Below, piece by piece: positions 36,431 through 50,362 of a stretch of DNA of 59,512 nucleotides. The position numbers and the translations under genes are program-made. The notes beneath the pieces were generated by a model. The model searched no databases. It was not told the origin of the DNA and saw nothing but the letters and a program-made list of their open reading frames with translations. Position 1 is the first letter of the stretch. Every line of letters begins with the position of its first letter. Location: assembly GCF_001194135.2 (NCBI RefSeq), contig NC_068981.1, positions 145,451,287 to 145,510,798 of the forward strand, read 5' to 3'. The stretch is from Octopus bimaculoides. Taxonomy: Eukaryota.

Positions 36431-37624
36431 TTTTTGCTTGCATTAACATTGCCTGTGATGGAAATGGTAGGGTAAGGGAACATGCTGAGATAGATTTATA
36501 TGTAAGATGTGATGTAATATACATGTGTGTGAATGTTTAAAAAAAATTGAGCCATTGTAAAAGAAATTGCTGATCCCTAATGGAGAACTCCATTTTCCAG
36601 TGTGCCCTTCCCTTTTTTTAGGTGATATGAGAGATTTGGCTGCAAATCCTAGTACATGAAGTTGGCTCACATTTGATGCTTTCACAATCTCTATTCATAG
36701 AAAGTGAAACTCTTGCATGAGGTGTTCATATTAAATGCTGATGATACCATTTTGCAGAAAAAGGAAGAGTGGTACCATCTGAATTGGAGGGTTATTGTTA
36801 GAGGTAACAATGAGTAAGTTGTTATCAGCTCTTTGACACAAAAAGCTGACAAAGTGGATGTTATAGTGAAACAATCTCACAGGATGCTTGCACTTCAAGA
36901 AATGAAAGAGGAATAGAGCAATTTTGCTATATTCTCATGCCAGATAACAATACAAAGCTTTGCTGTTGTAAGAGTTAGCATCAATCCTTTAACAGGTTCA
37001 CAAGAGTGAGAGATCACAGGTGTTTGACTTTGGTGAGCAACTCTCTAGTGGATGTCCCTTAACTAGTGAACTGCTTATGTATAAAGTGTAATGTTACATA
37101 ATAAAAAAATAATTTTAACACCTGCCATTCTATGCTTGCATGGGTCAGACAAAGTTTGTTGAGGCAGATTTTCTGTGGTCAGCTATGTTTTCTACAGAAT
37201 TTTGGAAATGAGACAGCCTTTTTTTCAGTTTCTGTCTACCAAATCCACTCATGAGCATTTGGTTGACACAGTGCTATAGTAGAAGACACTTGCCCAAGGT
37301 GCCATGCAGTAGGACTGAGGTTGAAGCTTCATAAAGGATCACAATAAGTGAGGAGATCCTGTGCTAGAGAAGATTTGTTTAACCAATGCAGGTATGGAAA
37401 AATTAACATTAAATGGTGATAGTAATGATTAACTTCCACATGGTTTTTTGACCTGCTAGAAATATTGCTAAGACCACACCATACAACTTTAAAATATAGG
37501 ATACATTGAATATTGTAGTCCTAGATTCACTGAATACAAGAAAGGATGGTCATGGCTAGAACTCTGCTGGATCAGGGCTGAACTGGTGCTAAACAACCAC
37601 TCTGCTCTAATATTTAACACCCTG

Positions 37625-37810
37625 TCATCATCATCATCATCCTCTAATGTCTGTTTTCCATGCTGGCATGAGTTGGGTGGTTTGACCAGAGTTGGCAAGC
37701 TGGAGATTTACACCAGATTCCAATCTAAATAGGCTTGGTTTCTACGGTTGGATGCCCTTCCTAACGCCAACCACTTTACAATGTGTGTTGGTTGTTTTCA
37801 ACGTGGCACT
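37625..37810 (-). mobile_element. SINE family A
   Basis: (CAT)n tail, ttccatgctggcatg, ggatgcccttcctaacgccaacc. Confidence 0.75.
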
Positions 37811-38653
37811 GAATATGACATCAAATTTATATTTTTGTGGATCAAAGCTAGGTTGTTAGAAAGCCAGATAGAAAACATTGCAGAATTTGTTCCAACATTG
37901 AAGGTTGTGAGTTCATTAAAAGTTTACGTTCGTACCTTAATACATATATTTACCCCAGCATATGCTAGCAAGAGCTGTAGATTAAAATATGAAATGCAAT
38001 ATATTTTATCTAAAATTTTGTAGAATATATTTACTTAAAATAACTAAACACTTACCCAATGTTTCAGTCTTCATTCTGCTCGCCGAGGTTACCTCCCTTC
38101 CTGTATCACAATTCCTCTTTCAGTTCGTAACGTATCGTGTATTAGGATATTACAACAGGATATCACAAAATTGTTTATTATTTTCATAAATACACATTAA
38201 AACAAGATTTTTTCGGTTTTCAGTTACTAAATCCACACACAAGGCTGATTAGTTATGCTCACACACACACACACGTTCAGTCCATACCAGCATGGAAATG
38301 ATGATGATGAGCATGGAAGGTGGAATAGACTATCGTTATGAATATTTTTTTATTTTACAACAATGCTATTCTGCTTCAAATATGCCATGTCAGTTAAGTT
38401 AAGTTTTGCAATAACAGATAACTCTGACATAGCCGGTATCTAGTCTTAATAACTTATTTTAGATTATATTATAGAATTTTCAAAAATTCAAAAGATAATC
38501 ATATGTGCAGTGAAATTTCCAATATATATATATATGCATGTGTATGTATGTATGCGCGTGCACACACACGCACTCCATTTCACCGTTGTATTTGTCAAAA
38601 TGTGGTATAATGACAAACACTTCTAAAATGTATTGTTTTTCTTATATTTCCAG

Positions 38654-38833
38654 AATTTTCATCAGCAACATAATAAAAGAAAAAAGGAAAAATCCACAGA
38701 GAAACACAAAGAGATAAAAGATTTCAGATCTGGTAATTTAAAACGAGAAGTTTCCAAATTAGCTCTGTCAGCTTATACAGGAAAAGAAAGAGAGCAGGCT
38801 ATTGAATCTTATCTCATAAAACTTGGAGCACAT
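38654..38833 (+). CDS. FSAF1/C1orf131-like exon
   Basis: ttccag|AAT..CAT|gtaaga; FRSGNLKREVSKLALSAYTGKEREQAIESYLIKLGAH resembles the DUF4602/Faf1 core (EV.KFG..G..GK.....LGAK); 180 nt, phase 0-0. Confidence 0.8.
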
Positions 38834-39041
38834 GTAAGACTTTTACTTCTTATTGACTTCTTCATTATCATCACTTAACGTCCACTTTTCAATGCTTGCA
38901 TGGGTCAGATGGTGTATATTTGAGGCAAATTTCTGATGCCAAGCCTCCCCTATTTCCAAGTAAGGTAATAGTCCATGGCCAGATATATTTTTGCTGAATA
39001 TTGGAAATGAATGACATTGCTTGTATGGCAATGGCAAGGAG

Positions 39042-39073
<32 letters not shown>

Positions 39074-39539
39074 CATATAGTTATGATCTTCTTTTGGTTT
39101 CTCTCTACCAAATCCTCTCGCAAAGCTTTTGTTGGCCCGGGGGCTATAGTAGAAAGCCATGCAGTGGGACTGAACTTGGGAAGCAAACTTATTTGTCTAA
39201 AATATGCATGAGGAATAGTAGTGGACTTGATAGTCATGTCACACTGCTTGTACAGATTCCTGTGATCCTTTGTTGTCACCCATTTCTGTTGTTAATCATA
39301 TTCTGATGGTCAGAGGACTTGCAGTTTATGTTGTCACAAATCTACTTGATATAGGTCTTGGCTTGCTGTCCCCTGCCAGCTCTTGTGTAGGCTCCCACAC
39401 AGTCTAGAGCAGGCATAAACAAGCTTCCTCTAGTGGCAGTTCTTATGAGATATTGCTCACCACAAATTGGCCACATTGCTAAAAGGATAATTTAACAAAC
39501 ATCTTATACAAGCAAGGTACACCATATATTACACTCAGA

Positions 39540-39754
39540 AAACCATACTTTTTTACTTGTTTTAGTCATTTGACTGCGGCCATGCTGGAGCACCGCCGTT
39601 AGTCGAGCAAATCGACCCCAGGACTTATTCTTTGTAAGCCTAGTATTTATTCTATTGGTCTCTTTTGCCGAACTGCTAAGTTACGGGGACGTTAACACAC
39701 CAGCATCTGTTGTCAAGCGATGTTGGAAGGACAAACACAGACACACATACATAT

Positions 39755-39785
<31 letters not shown>

Positions 39786-39960
39786 CACACATATATACAA
39801 CAGACTTCTTTCAGTTTTCATCTACTAAATCCACTCACAAGGCTTTGGTCGGCCCGAGGCTTTAGTAGAAGACTCTTGCCCAAGGTGTCACGCTATGGGA
39901 CTGAACCCGGAGCCATGTGGTTGGTAAGCAAGCTACTTACTACGCAGCCACTCCTACGCC
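39540..39960 (-). mobile_element. tRNA-derived SINE family B (near full length)
   Basis: gcggccatgctggagcaccgcc..gacttattc..ttgcccaaggtg..gggactgaacc; an inverted partial copy follows at 39993-40165. Confidence 0.85.
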
Positions 39961-41551
39961 TATTTTTAAAATGTTTATATAGGTTTTGCATTGGCATGGG
40001 TGTTAGTAGGCACAGATGCAGTTGTGTGGTAAAGAAGTTCACTTCCCAACTGCATGAGTTCAGGTTCAGTCCCACTGTGTGGAAACTTGGGCTAGAGTCT
40101 TCTATTGCCCTACGTTGACCAAAACTTTATAATTATATTTGGCAAACAGAAACTGAAAGAAGGCCACTGTTTGTGTTTGTGTATGTATGTGTGTACATGT
40201 GTGTTTTCTCATCTTGATGATAGTTGTAAATGTGTATCATCATCATATGTGCTGTGTCATTTATTTCCAATCTTCTGTGGAAACATGTCCAATATTGTGA
40301 AGGATGACAAGAGTAATGGCAGATGACTGTAGAATATCTGTTTCACTGAGAACTGTCGGATCATGCAAGCATAAAAAAGTGAGCATTAAGACAACAAAGA
40401 TGATGATGATGATAGTAAAAAAAAAGAAATTACTTGAAAATTTTAATATGTAACTTGATGATGCAAAACTTAGTTTCAGTTTTTGGAAATATTCGAGATA
40501 GTCAACTAACAAACTGTTTTCATTATCATTGTCTATAATTTTTGATGTTTTTGATTTAATGGCTTTCATTCAGAGAAAAATCTTACTCATATTTGTAGGA
40601 ACTATGGAACATAGTGACGTATCTACTAGCAAAGCATGTTTCTTGTGAGGTGGGATTCTTCAGGAAGAAGTATATAAAACTGCATTAAAGGATTCATTTT
40701 GAAATGTTAGACTCAAAAGTTCCTTTCTCTGAATTTCGGTTATTTCCCCTTGCACTTATTTTTCTTGTTTTACTTTTGCAACAATATTAAATGGACTTGC
40801 AAAATACATAAAATAAAATCAACTTCTTTGACTTTAAAATCATTAAACCTAGATCATGGTTCTGTTTTAAGTCATTTCACTCAGCAGCATGAATTACATA
40901 TTAAGACTTCTTGTGGTTGGTTAATGCCACCAGTCCTGTGTTCATTTGTTTTACACCCATTTTTCAATGCTAGCATGGATTAGGTGATTATTTATTGATT
41001 TTCCTAAGTTAGATTTCAAAACCTTTGGCATGATGATACAATCCATAATTTACTGATTTTTCTTTTACATTTTATGTAAGAATTATTATTTGGGTAATAA
41101 TATCCATGTGAAATGCAAGATCAGTTTGGGAACAATTTTTTTCATCTCCAAAAAGCTGCATATTTCTTCTTTGAGGCAATAAAAGTGTTAAAACGTCTTC
41201 TCTTTACACAGCCAGTGATCTTCACAATAATATACCAGACTCCCATACTTATAATCAATTTGTGAAAAGTCATTAAATTGTTGATGTTGAAGTATTTGAG
41301 ATTTTTTAAATAAATGTTTAAAACAACTACATATATTTTAGAAATTTACTGATTTGGCACATCAATTTTTGCAATGAAATGCTACAAATACTCTTTTTTG
41401 CTAAATTTTGATTTTAATTTGTTATATGCTAGTATTTGATAGGTTGGATGAGTTGCAACTCTCTCTCTCTGCTTTTGCTCTCATTTTGTTGTGGTTTAAC
41501 ATTGGGTCAACTCTGATTGAGGTGACCTACAGTCAAAGCCCTTCCAGTCCT

Positions 41552-41768
41552 TTAACCCTTTAACATTTGAACCGGCCATATCTGGCCCAAATAGTCTACT
41601 TGTTTTATGTTCAAACCAGCCAGGTCTGGATTCTCACACCTACCTTACAATGTCATACTAAAAATATACAATCACATCATCAAAATTTCAAAACTTGAGA
41701 TAATGCATGATTAATTCAAAGCAATATGAATAAATAAGCATTACTTTTGGCAGCGTAATCTGAGTTAA
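41552..41768. mobile_element. TTAA-flanked MITE
   Basis: ttaaccctttaaca start and the shared family internal sequence. Confidence 0.75.
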
Positions 41769-43510
41769 GAGATCTGCCTCAAACTACACCCAATGCATTC
41801 TTTCGTTATTTAAGGTAGTGGAGTACATACAATATAAGGAAGATTTGGCAGCTGTTTCTACCAAGTAGAGTAACTACATAAGGCACTCTCTCTCTCTCTC
41901 TCACTCTTTGTCTGTCTATCTCTCTCTCTTTCATGTTTCACATTAGTTTATCTTGGATGCTATTCTATAGGATATCTAAATATACCTAATTTTTTTCTAC
42001 CTTTACTCTTTGGTGGTCTCATACCTTCCTGGTAAGAATATTAAACAAATATCATACATCCATGATTGTATGCATTTTTCAATTGTTTAAATCAGTTAAT
42101 TGTTTGAATTTCTGGTAATTCTTTCTTAATTGCTCATGACTGAATACATTTCATCTGTAACCCATCTGAGATAGATTACTGAGCGTATTCTTGAAAGAAT
42201 TAGCTCAGTATTTCTATACATTTCACAGATTATCAAAATTGTAATTTGAGTGACTTATAAGAGGTTCAGCATGAAATGCCACACCTTTTAGAAATCACTT
42301 ACCAATGCTAATGTGGAGTTGTTAATTTACAAGGAAAACTTATCCAAGCAGAGCACACAACCTGAAAATCCTCAACTCAACAACAGCTGTGCATTCTGGT
42401 CTGTTAGGAAAAAAAAATCTTACTCAACTTTGCTGAAACTTCTTACTTGCATTTCCCAATCTAGACATCTTTATTAGAAGTAGAATGAAATCTGAGAAAA
42501 TTAGTGATGGTCTACATTACCATAAGAGTTTGTCAAATTCTGTGGCTGTGAAGAGGGAAGAATCTAACATTTGATGCTCCTCCTACTCAGATGAGAATAA
42601 GGAAGAAATAGAAAATTGTGTTGTCACTTTCATTGTAGTCAAACGAAATGACAGTTTAAAATACAAGCAATATCTCTCCCTCTCTCTTACCACAGAACTT
42701 TTTCTTCTCATGTACCATACCATCACTACTGTTTTAGGTACCTGTATTGTGGTAAGCAGACATAGACACTCTCATGCCCTTGACCTAGAGGAACATCAAT
42801 GATGGGATAGCTTGAGAGAGAAGTCAGCATCTATTTAACTCATAGATGAAAGCAAAGTTTATTTGAAAGTAATTTTTGTTCACTTTGTTACAGAGCATCA
42901 TCGAAGGTTATGTGCAGTTTTTTTATAGATCTAACAATGCTACTGTTGGGTCATTGCATTGCTGCTACTAATGGCCCATGACTACTTGTTTGTCACAAGG
43001 CAGGTTTATTCACACTTAGCCTCTATATCTAGAGACTATCTCCACTATCTTTCACTTCTAAAGATGCTCTCCAGCGTTACAGCTTTAAATAAAGTCACCA
43101 TACTTATTGCACTCAGTACTTCATTCCACCTCACAATGACAGCAATAGAAGTGACAGCTCTTTTGATGACAAATCCAACAAAATATCCAAACTGATAACT
43201 TTCCAATCATCTCTCTTGAAGCAGCGTGCGATCAGCTGGTCTCAGTCCTTAACTTTGGAAACATGTAACTGTAATAATCATCTTCAAGAACATTAACTTC
43301 ATTGCCATTGTTGATGTTGGCTGCTCAAACATCATTGTCAACATCATCATTGTTTTAATGTCCACTTTTCCCATATTAGCATAGATTAGATGAGAGAGAT
43401 ATCATCAGGTTTGTTTGATATTTCTGCTCAGCTTTCATTAAATTTAATGCATAGTATGGAAAAATTTATGTAAATATCTCACAGTTCTATATTTAAGAGA
43501 TGAGGAACTA

Positions 43511-43897
43511 TGTACATTATTTACATTTGATGGATATTTGTCTTCATCTTCTTTGTTGTTAATACAACGTTTTGGCTGGTATACCCTCCAGCCTTCATCA
43601 GGTGTCTTGGGGAAATTTCGAACCTGGGTTCTTATTCCTAAGGTATTTTTCAATATGGCGTAGTGGTTAAGAGCGTGGGCTACTAACCCCAAGATTCCGA
43701 GTTCGATTCTAGGCAGTGACCTGAATAATGATGATAATAATAATAATAATAATAATATTGAAAAATACCTTAGGAATGAGAACCCAGGTTCGAAATTTCT
43801 CCAAGACATCTGATGAAGGCTGGAAGGTATATCAGCCGAAACGTGTTAACAACAAACAAGACGAGGACAAATACCCGTCAAATGTAAATAATGTACA
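43511..43897. mobile_element. Penelope-type inverted terminal repeats (~145 bp) enclosing a tRNA-like head and (AAT)n; each arm has a hammerhead-like core
   Basis: Arms 43511-43656 and 43755-43897. CTGATGA-A-GGCTG..CAGCC-GAAAC at 43810-43842 (+) and a variant at 43566-43600 (-). A/B-box head at about 43655-43720. Confidence 0.8.
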
Positions 43898-44516
43898 AAT
43901 ATTTCAGTTGAACCCAATTTGTTGTCCTGAATTTTGCATGAGTTTTTTGTTGTAAACTTCCTTGTTCTTTTTAGATTAACTACTTAGAATTATGATTCAT
44001 AATGTGAAATATAATAGCCAGTTGGATACCATAGCTGGCTAACAGGAAGAACCTTTGGAATGTTTTGAGGCACTTTCAGTGAAACTGGATGACTGCTCTC
44101 TTTTGTTACCAACCCTACTTGTTTGTAAACAAAATACTATTTCCTTTGGGCTTTCATATGATAAGCTATTGAATGGTCAAACATGTTTCTGTGACTGATG
44201 TAATCAATAATACAGCCTACACAGTGACATTGCTTTTGCACAGCATGCAAACAAGATCAAGACTATAGGAATACAGACTCACACACATGTATATGTTTAT
44301 ATACATATATATATGTGAGGGTACATGGCCTTGTGGTTTGGGTGTTGCACTCATGATTGTGAGATTGTGGTTTCAATTCCTGGATTGGGTGGTGTGTTGT
44401 ATTCTTGAGCAAAACACTTCATCTCATGTTTCTCTATATAATCACTTCAGCACCTGATGTATAGTACAACTTGCACCTGTTCAGGCAACATCGATTTGAT
44501 GGAGGGAGTGAGCTAA

Positions 44517-44730
44517 TCATCATCATCATCGTTTAATGTCCGCTTTCCATGCTAGCATGAGTTGGATGATTTGACTGAGGACTGGTGAACCAGGTGGCTA
44601 TACCAGGCTCCAATCTGATTTGGCAGAGTTTCTACAGCTGGCTGCCCTTCCTAACGCCAACCACTCCAAGAGTGTAGTGGGTGCTTTTACGTGCCACCAG
44701 CACGAAGGCCAGTCAGACAGTACGTACAGC
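44517..44730 (-). mobile_element. SINE family A
   Basis: catcatcatcgtttaatgtccgctttccatgctagc... Confidence 0.85.
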
Positions 44731-45409
44731 ACAAACACTTGATCACTATAGACAAATCATTTGTGCAAGTATGTTTGGCAAGAATTTGCTAGAGCACTCA
44801 CACCGTTTAGTCTATTTGATGTCATCCACGGTTATGATATAATTGTACTGGATCTATGTCAAGAATTCTGTAGTGTGCGTTGAGTTTATAATGAATGAGG
44901 GAAATGAAAAATGGAGTTGGCAAGAATTTTTATTCAGCACTACGACTGTTTCAACACATCCTGCATCTGTCCCTTCTGGGTGGGATATTGCACAGCTAGT
45001 TGTGTTGCCTCCATATTTGCAGGTTGCATCTCGTCAGATGTCACATTTTAAATAAGATACTTTGTTACATATACTGAATTTCGCGTGGCATGTTGTAGTC
45101 CCCTGTAGGATATTGGCTATACTGACAGTGAATGGAAGACATTTCTGGGTTATAACCAGTAAATTGGTCTGGCTATAGATTTCAGTGAATACATAACAAA
45201 CATAAAGTAATACAAGAATAAAACATGACAAAGGATCTAAATTAAAAGATAAAATGAAGAAGGGTGGGTCTACACGTGTTGACACACACACACACACATC
45301 TTGCCCACTCACACCATTGTTTATGACTGCTTTCAGTGACATCGGAATGCCAAAAACCGATAATTAGCCCACTAGAGGTCTCTTACTGACAATAGTATTG
45401 TTCGCCTAT

Positions 45410-45830
45410 TCCTATCTTTTACCTTTATTTGTTTCAGTCACTTGACAGTGGCCATGCTGGGGCACCACCTTGAAAGATTTTTAATCAAACAAACTGACCC
45501 CAAGACTTGTTTTTTTGAAGCCCAGTACTTATTTTATCAGTTCTTTTGCTGAATTGCTCAGTTACAGGGGTGTAAACACACCTACACCAGTTGTTAAGCA
45601 GTGGTGGGGGACAAATACAGACAAACATATATACATATATGTATATACATACATACACATATATATGCATACATACACGATGGGCTTCTTTCAGTTCCTG
45701 TCTACTAAATCCACTCAAAGCTTTGGTCAGCCCAAGTCTATAGTTGAAGATACTTGCCCAAGGTGCCATGCAGTGGGACTGAACCCTGAACCATGTGGTT
45801 GGGAAGCAAGCATCTTACCACACAGCCACT
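45410..45830 (-). mobile_element. tRNA-derived SINE family B
   Basis: Same motifs as the 39540-39960 copy. Confidence 0.85.
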
Positions 45831-46023
45831 ATACAAAATAAATAAATAATGTTGCTTCTGCCTTGATGCTTGTTTAAATTTGGACATAAAATAAGGTTAA
45901 AAACAATCGCTTTGATTCTTTAGGATGATTATATGCTTTGAATGACTAACTTTGTGAATTGTTTTTACTTTTTAAGCTGAACAAAATTGTGACTTTCTTC
46001 CCTATTCTGTTTTATGTTTGCAG

Positions 46024-46122
46024 CCTGTCAAGAGAAAAAAATGTGAAAATTATAAATTATTTCTTGAAAGAAAGAAAAATGAGAAAGATGAAGAAAAGAC
46101 TAAGAACACTGAAAAATTCCGA
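46024..46122 (+). CDS. FSAF1/C1orf131-like exon
   Basis: ttgcag|CCT..CGA|gtgagt; PVKRKKCENYKLFLERKK resembles 'PPKK..VNYK'; 99 nt, phase 0-0. Confidence 0.8.
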
Positions 46123-46744
46123 GTGAGTATAAAATGTCTTCTTTTTCTCATTTAGACTGTGGTCAAGCTGGTGTACTACATTCAAAAAATTTGATCAAAT
46201 GAATTAACTCCTGTACTTGCTGAACTCTTTAGTTACAGGGATGTAAACACATTAACACCTGTTGTCAAGTGACACTGGAAGACAAACACAGACAGACAAA
46301 CACACACACACACACACACACTGTGCTTCTTTCAATATCCATCCACCAAATCCACTCACAAGACTTTGGTTGGCCCAAGATTACAGTAGAAGACACTTGC
46401 CCAAGGTGTCATACAGTGAGACTGAACCCAGAACCATGTGGTTAGGAAGCAAACTTCTTACCACAGAGCTATACCTGTGCTTGTCTTGATAAAGATTATA
46501 AACGTTTTGCTTGGAATCATCAGATGAATTCTTTACGTTAGTGGTTCTCAACCATTTTTTGCCTTTTGGTTTCTGTTTTACTTAGGTGGACCCTCAAAGC
46601 CATTTGATGTTTAAAAGATTCTGATTACATTTTTATAATTTGACATTATTGAGAATTGCATAAAAAAGTTGTTAAAATATTTTGTATATTGTAGAAGTTT
46701 AACCAGTTTATTGCACCTAAATTTTAACAACAAAGTCTTATATG

Positions 46745-47212
46745 AATCATCATCATCATCATCATCGTTTAACGTCCACTTTCCATGCTAGCATGGGTTG
46801 GACAGTTTGTTTGAGGACTGGTGAACCAGATGGCTACACCAGGCTCCAATCTGATTTGGCAGAGTTAATACAGTTGGATGCCCTTCCTAACACCAACCAC
46901 TCCGAGAGTGTAGTGGGTGCTTTTACGTGCCACCAGCATGAAGGCCAGTCAGGAGGTACTGGCAACTGGTTGAGAACTACTACTTTAACCCTTGAGCATT
47001 TAAATCAGCCATATCCAACTAAAATGTTCTACCTGTTTTATTTCATACTGGTCAGGTCTTTCTTCTTACACCTGCCCGACAATGTCATTCTAAAATTAAG
47101 CAATCATATCATAAAAATTTCAAAGCTACAAGATAATGCATGATGAATTCAAAATAATGTGAATAAATAAACATTACATTTGACAAAATAATCTGAATGT
47201 TAAAACGGTTAA
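46745..47212. mobile_element. SINE family A (minus, 46745-46970) abutting a TTAA MITE (46985-47212)
   Basis: Family motifs; ttaacccttgagca...acggttaa. Confidence 0.8.
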
Positions 47213-47864
47213 GGTGTGGTGAGTAAACTCTGCCTCGAGTATGGCTGTGTGGTTAAGAAGTTAGAGGGTTCTAGGTTCAGTTCCACCATGCAACACTTTG
47301 GGCAAGTGTCTTCTATCATAAACTCAGGTTGTGCAATGCTTTGTGAATGAAATTTAATAGATGCAAACCATGCAGTAACCTTCTGCATGTATGTATGAAT
47401 CTTTTTGGCACTTTATATTCGTGTGAAAACAATAAACTACGGTTTTCAAACAAAAATACCTTGTGGAGTATATTCCACTTAAGTTGCACAGAAATTCCTG
47501 TTAATCTTGCTGTGAGAAGTCTGTGAACGAATGATTAGCCATGTTGTAACTGAAAAGACTTTATTATTCATAAAATGCATAATATTAAAAAAATGAATTA
47601 TAAATATACGTTACACTATTAGTGTGTGTATGCATGCATGTGTGTGAATGACTAAAACTTTGTATATACTCTTGGAAGTCTGTGTAAATATCTAGATATT
47701 CTATCTAAGGTAAGTGTAGTTGTGGTTAAGAAGTTTGATTCCCAATCACATGGTTTTGGGTTCAGTTCCACTTTTTGGCACTTGAACAGGTGTTTTCTAC
47801 TATAGCTCTGGGCCAACCAAGGTTTTGTGAGTGGATTTGGTAGATGGAAACTGTAAGGAGCCTG

Positions 47865-47903
<39 letters not shown>

Positions 47904-47929
47904 NNNNNNNNNNTATATATATATATATA

Positions 47930-48215
47930 TGAGGAGGTGCGAAGGCGAGCAGGAATGAGAGAAAAACTAACAACCAAAATGGACAGACAAATGTTGAGGC
48001 TGTTTGGTCACATAGAGAGGATGGATGAGGAGCGGATGGTAAGGAGGGTGATGAAGGCAGACGACGTGGTAGGCAGCAGAACCAGGAGGCAGACCTTGAT
48101 TTGTGTGGATGGATGGAGTGAGGAAAGCTTTGGTGGTCAGAGGTTTTCAAATGAGAGAGGCAAGGGAGTTTATAAATGATAGGAAAACTTGGAGAGTGTT
48201 TGTGGACGGATGAGT
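47930..48215 (+). mobile_element. RTE-type LINE 3' fragment after (TA)n
   Basis: EEVRRRAGM..MLRLFGHIERMDEERMVRRV. Confidence 0.75.
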
Positions 48216-49164
48216 GAATTTGATGTTGCTCAAAGGGGTAAGGAACCAACATGATGCGGTGGGTATAAATCAGAATATGCTGTCAGGCCCCACTGGTGGG
48301 GTTGTGTTCTATGCCTTGACCCAAGCATATCTCCACCATCAACTCTCTCTCTCTCTCTCTATCTTTCCTTTCTTTTCTAACTGGGGTAGCCAGCAAGACA
48401 CCTATCTCTATCCCTTTATTATTCGTTAACCTCTCATCAACTGACACAACACCACCACCTTCCATGCTACACCCACTCACAGTCAAGGGGTCTTCTTGCA
48501 AGTTACCTGGTGTACCAGTGCTGGTGCTAAGTAAAATGCACCTAGTACATTCTGTAAAGTGGTTGACCTGTAAAAGAACTCAGAATGTTGGGCCTCCAAC
48601 CAGGCCTTTCATGATATCCTTAAAGCCAGGAAGTGTTCAGCACTCCCTCATGTATCAGTTTTAGTTGTCTTTGGTTTTAAAGGTTTGATTCAAGTTTATT
48701 TCTTAGGTCAAAAGTGTCAGTTGCAATGCTTCAAGACTGAAATATGGATGCTCTAATGTGCTATATAATTAGTTCAATGTATGATTAATTGCAAGTTGTG
48801 AGCAATGTTCTCTCGAAGTTTTACTAGTCACTATTATTTTTTTTTTACCTGTGATGAAACTAGGTGTGCACTGAATACTTGTGCATATGTATATAAACCT
48901 GAAATAAATATACTATATTTGATGGTATAAATGACTCACAGTCACTCCCCAATTTTAGCAGCACACATTCAGAAGTTTCTAGTGTATTAAAGCTTATGGG
49001 AAGCTCAACTTTGCATGTAGGACCCAGGGTGATTTTCTTGGAGGTGTGTTTTTTGGGGGAGGGGGGATGTATATCTTATATGCCATAAAATATGGTAATT
49101 ATTAATTATTACTTCATTTTTAGGCAACTACTTCTTTCATGTATTGTGAGAAAAGTTGGGCATA

Positions 49165-49700
49165 AAAAGAATTAGATGCAGTATGCAAGAGAGAAGACTC
49201 TGCTGGTTTGGTCATGTGATTCTTATGGATGTAGACAATTGCATAAAAATGTGCTGATCACTTAAAATGGATGGAACTTGTGGAAGAGGAAAACCCTGGA
49301 AGACACAGGATGAATTATTGAAGGCTGATCTCAAGACGCCGAGCCTTACAAAGATGACAAAGAACTGAGATATCTGGTGTCTTGCTGTACTCAAGAAGAC
49401 GTGCCTGCTACAGCTGAGTTGATATCTTAAACTACCTTGGTTAATGCTCCCCTTCCAGTTGAATAGGTTTTTGTTTTGCAAGTTACTTGGTAAACCCTTT
49501 GGTGCCAGTGCCAAGTACAAAGCATCTGTGCTGGGGCCACGTAAAAAAGCACCCTGTACACTCTGTGTGATGGGTGGAAGGGCATCTGGTTGTAGAAACA
49601 AAGCCAAAACACACAACTGGAACTTGGTGCTGCTCCCCAGTTTGCCATCCAACCCATGCCAGCATGGAAACTGGATGTTAAATGATGATGATGATGATGA
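49165..49700 (+). mobile_element. RTE LINE 3' fragment running into a SINE A-type tail
   Basis: attagatgcagtatgcaagagagaagactctgctggtttggtcatgtg (IRCSMQERRLCWFGHV), then the gcatggaaac..(gat)n tail. Confidence 0.75.
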
Positions 49701-49866
49701 TCTGTAAAACATGCACACACATGCACAGCTTAGAGGGAACAATGACTACAAGAAGATAACATTGACACCATAGAGGTCCAGACAAATAACTTAATTTTAG
49801 AAATATTCACTTAGTTTCAATGATTTAATTTCTTTTTCTTGTTGTTCATCAAATGATTCTGGGTTG

Positions 49867-49952
49867 AAATTCAGATTATTTGCACCCAGAATCATATTCT
49901 GATGTTAAAATTCAGATTATTTGCACCCAGAATCATATTCTGATGTTAAAAT
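49867..49952. repeat. 41-bp perfect tandem duplication
   Basis: aaattcagattatttgcacccagaatcatattctgatgtta occurs twice. Confidence 0.9.
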
Positions 49953-49989
49953 TTGTTTCACATCTAGCCATAGTTGAAAATTTCTCAAA

Positions 49990-50362
49990 ACTGATTGTAT
50001 ACGTAAATAGCACCATTTGAGCGTAATCATTACCAGCGTCACCTTCCTGGCACGTGAAAAGACATTTGAGTGAGGTCGTTGCCAGTGCCGCTGGACTGGC
50101 TCCTGTGCAGGTGGCACGTAAAATACACCATTTTGAGCATGGCCGTTGCCAGTACCACCTGACTTGCCCTCGTGCCGGTGGCACGTAAAAGCACCCACTA
50201 CACTCTCAGAGTGGTTGGCGTTAGGAAGGGCATCCAGCTGTAGAAACTCTGCCAGATCAGATTGGAGCCTGGCGTAGCCATCTAGTTCACCAGTCTTCAG
50301 TCAAATCGTCCAACCCATGCTAGCATGGAAAGCGGACATTAAACGATGATGATGATGATGAT
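49990..50362 (+). mobile_element. SINE family A (well preserved)
   Basis: gcacccactacactctcagagtggttggcgttaggaagggcatccagctg...gcatggaaagcggacattaaacg(atg)n. Confidence 0.85.

Noticed and set aside
43655-43720. tRNA-like sequence
   Set aside because: No complete cloverleaf or acceptor stem; it is embedded in a repeat and is treated as a SINE-type Pol III head.
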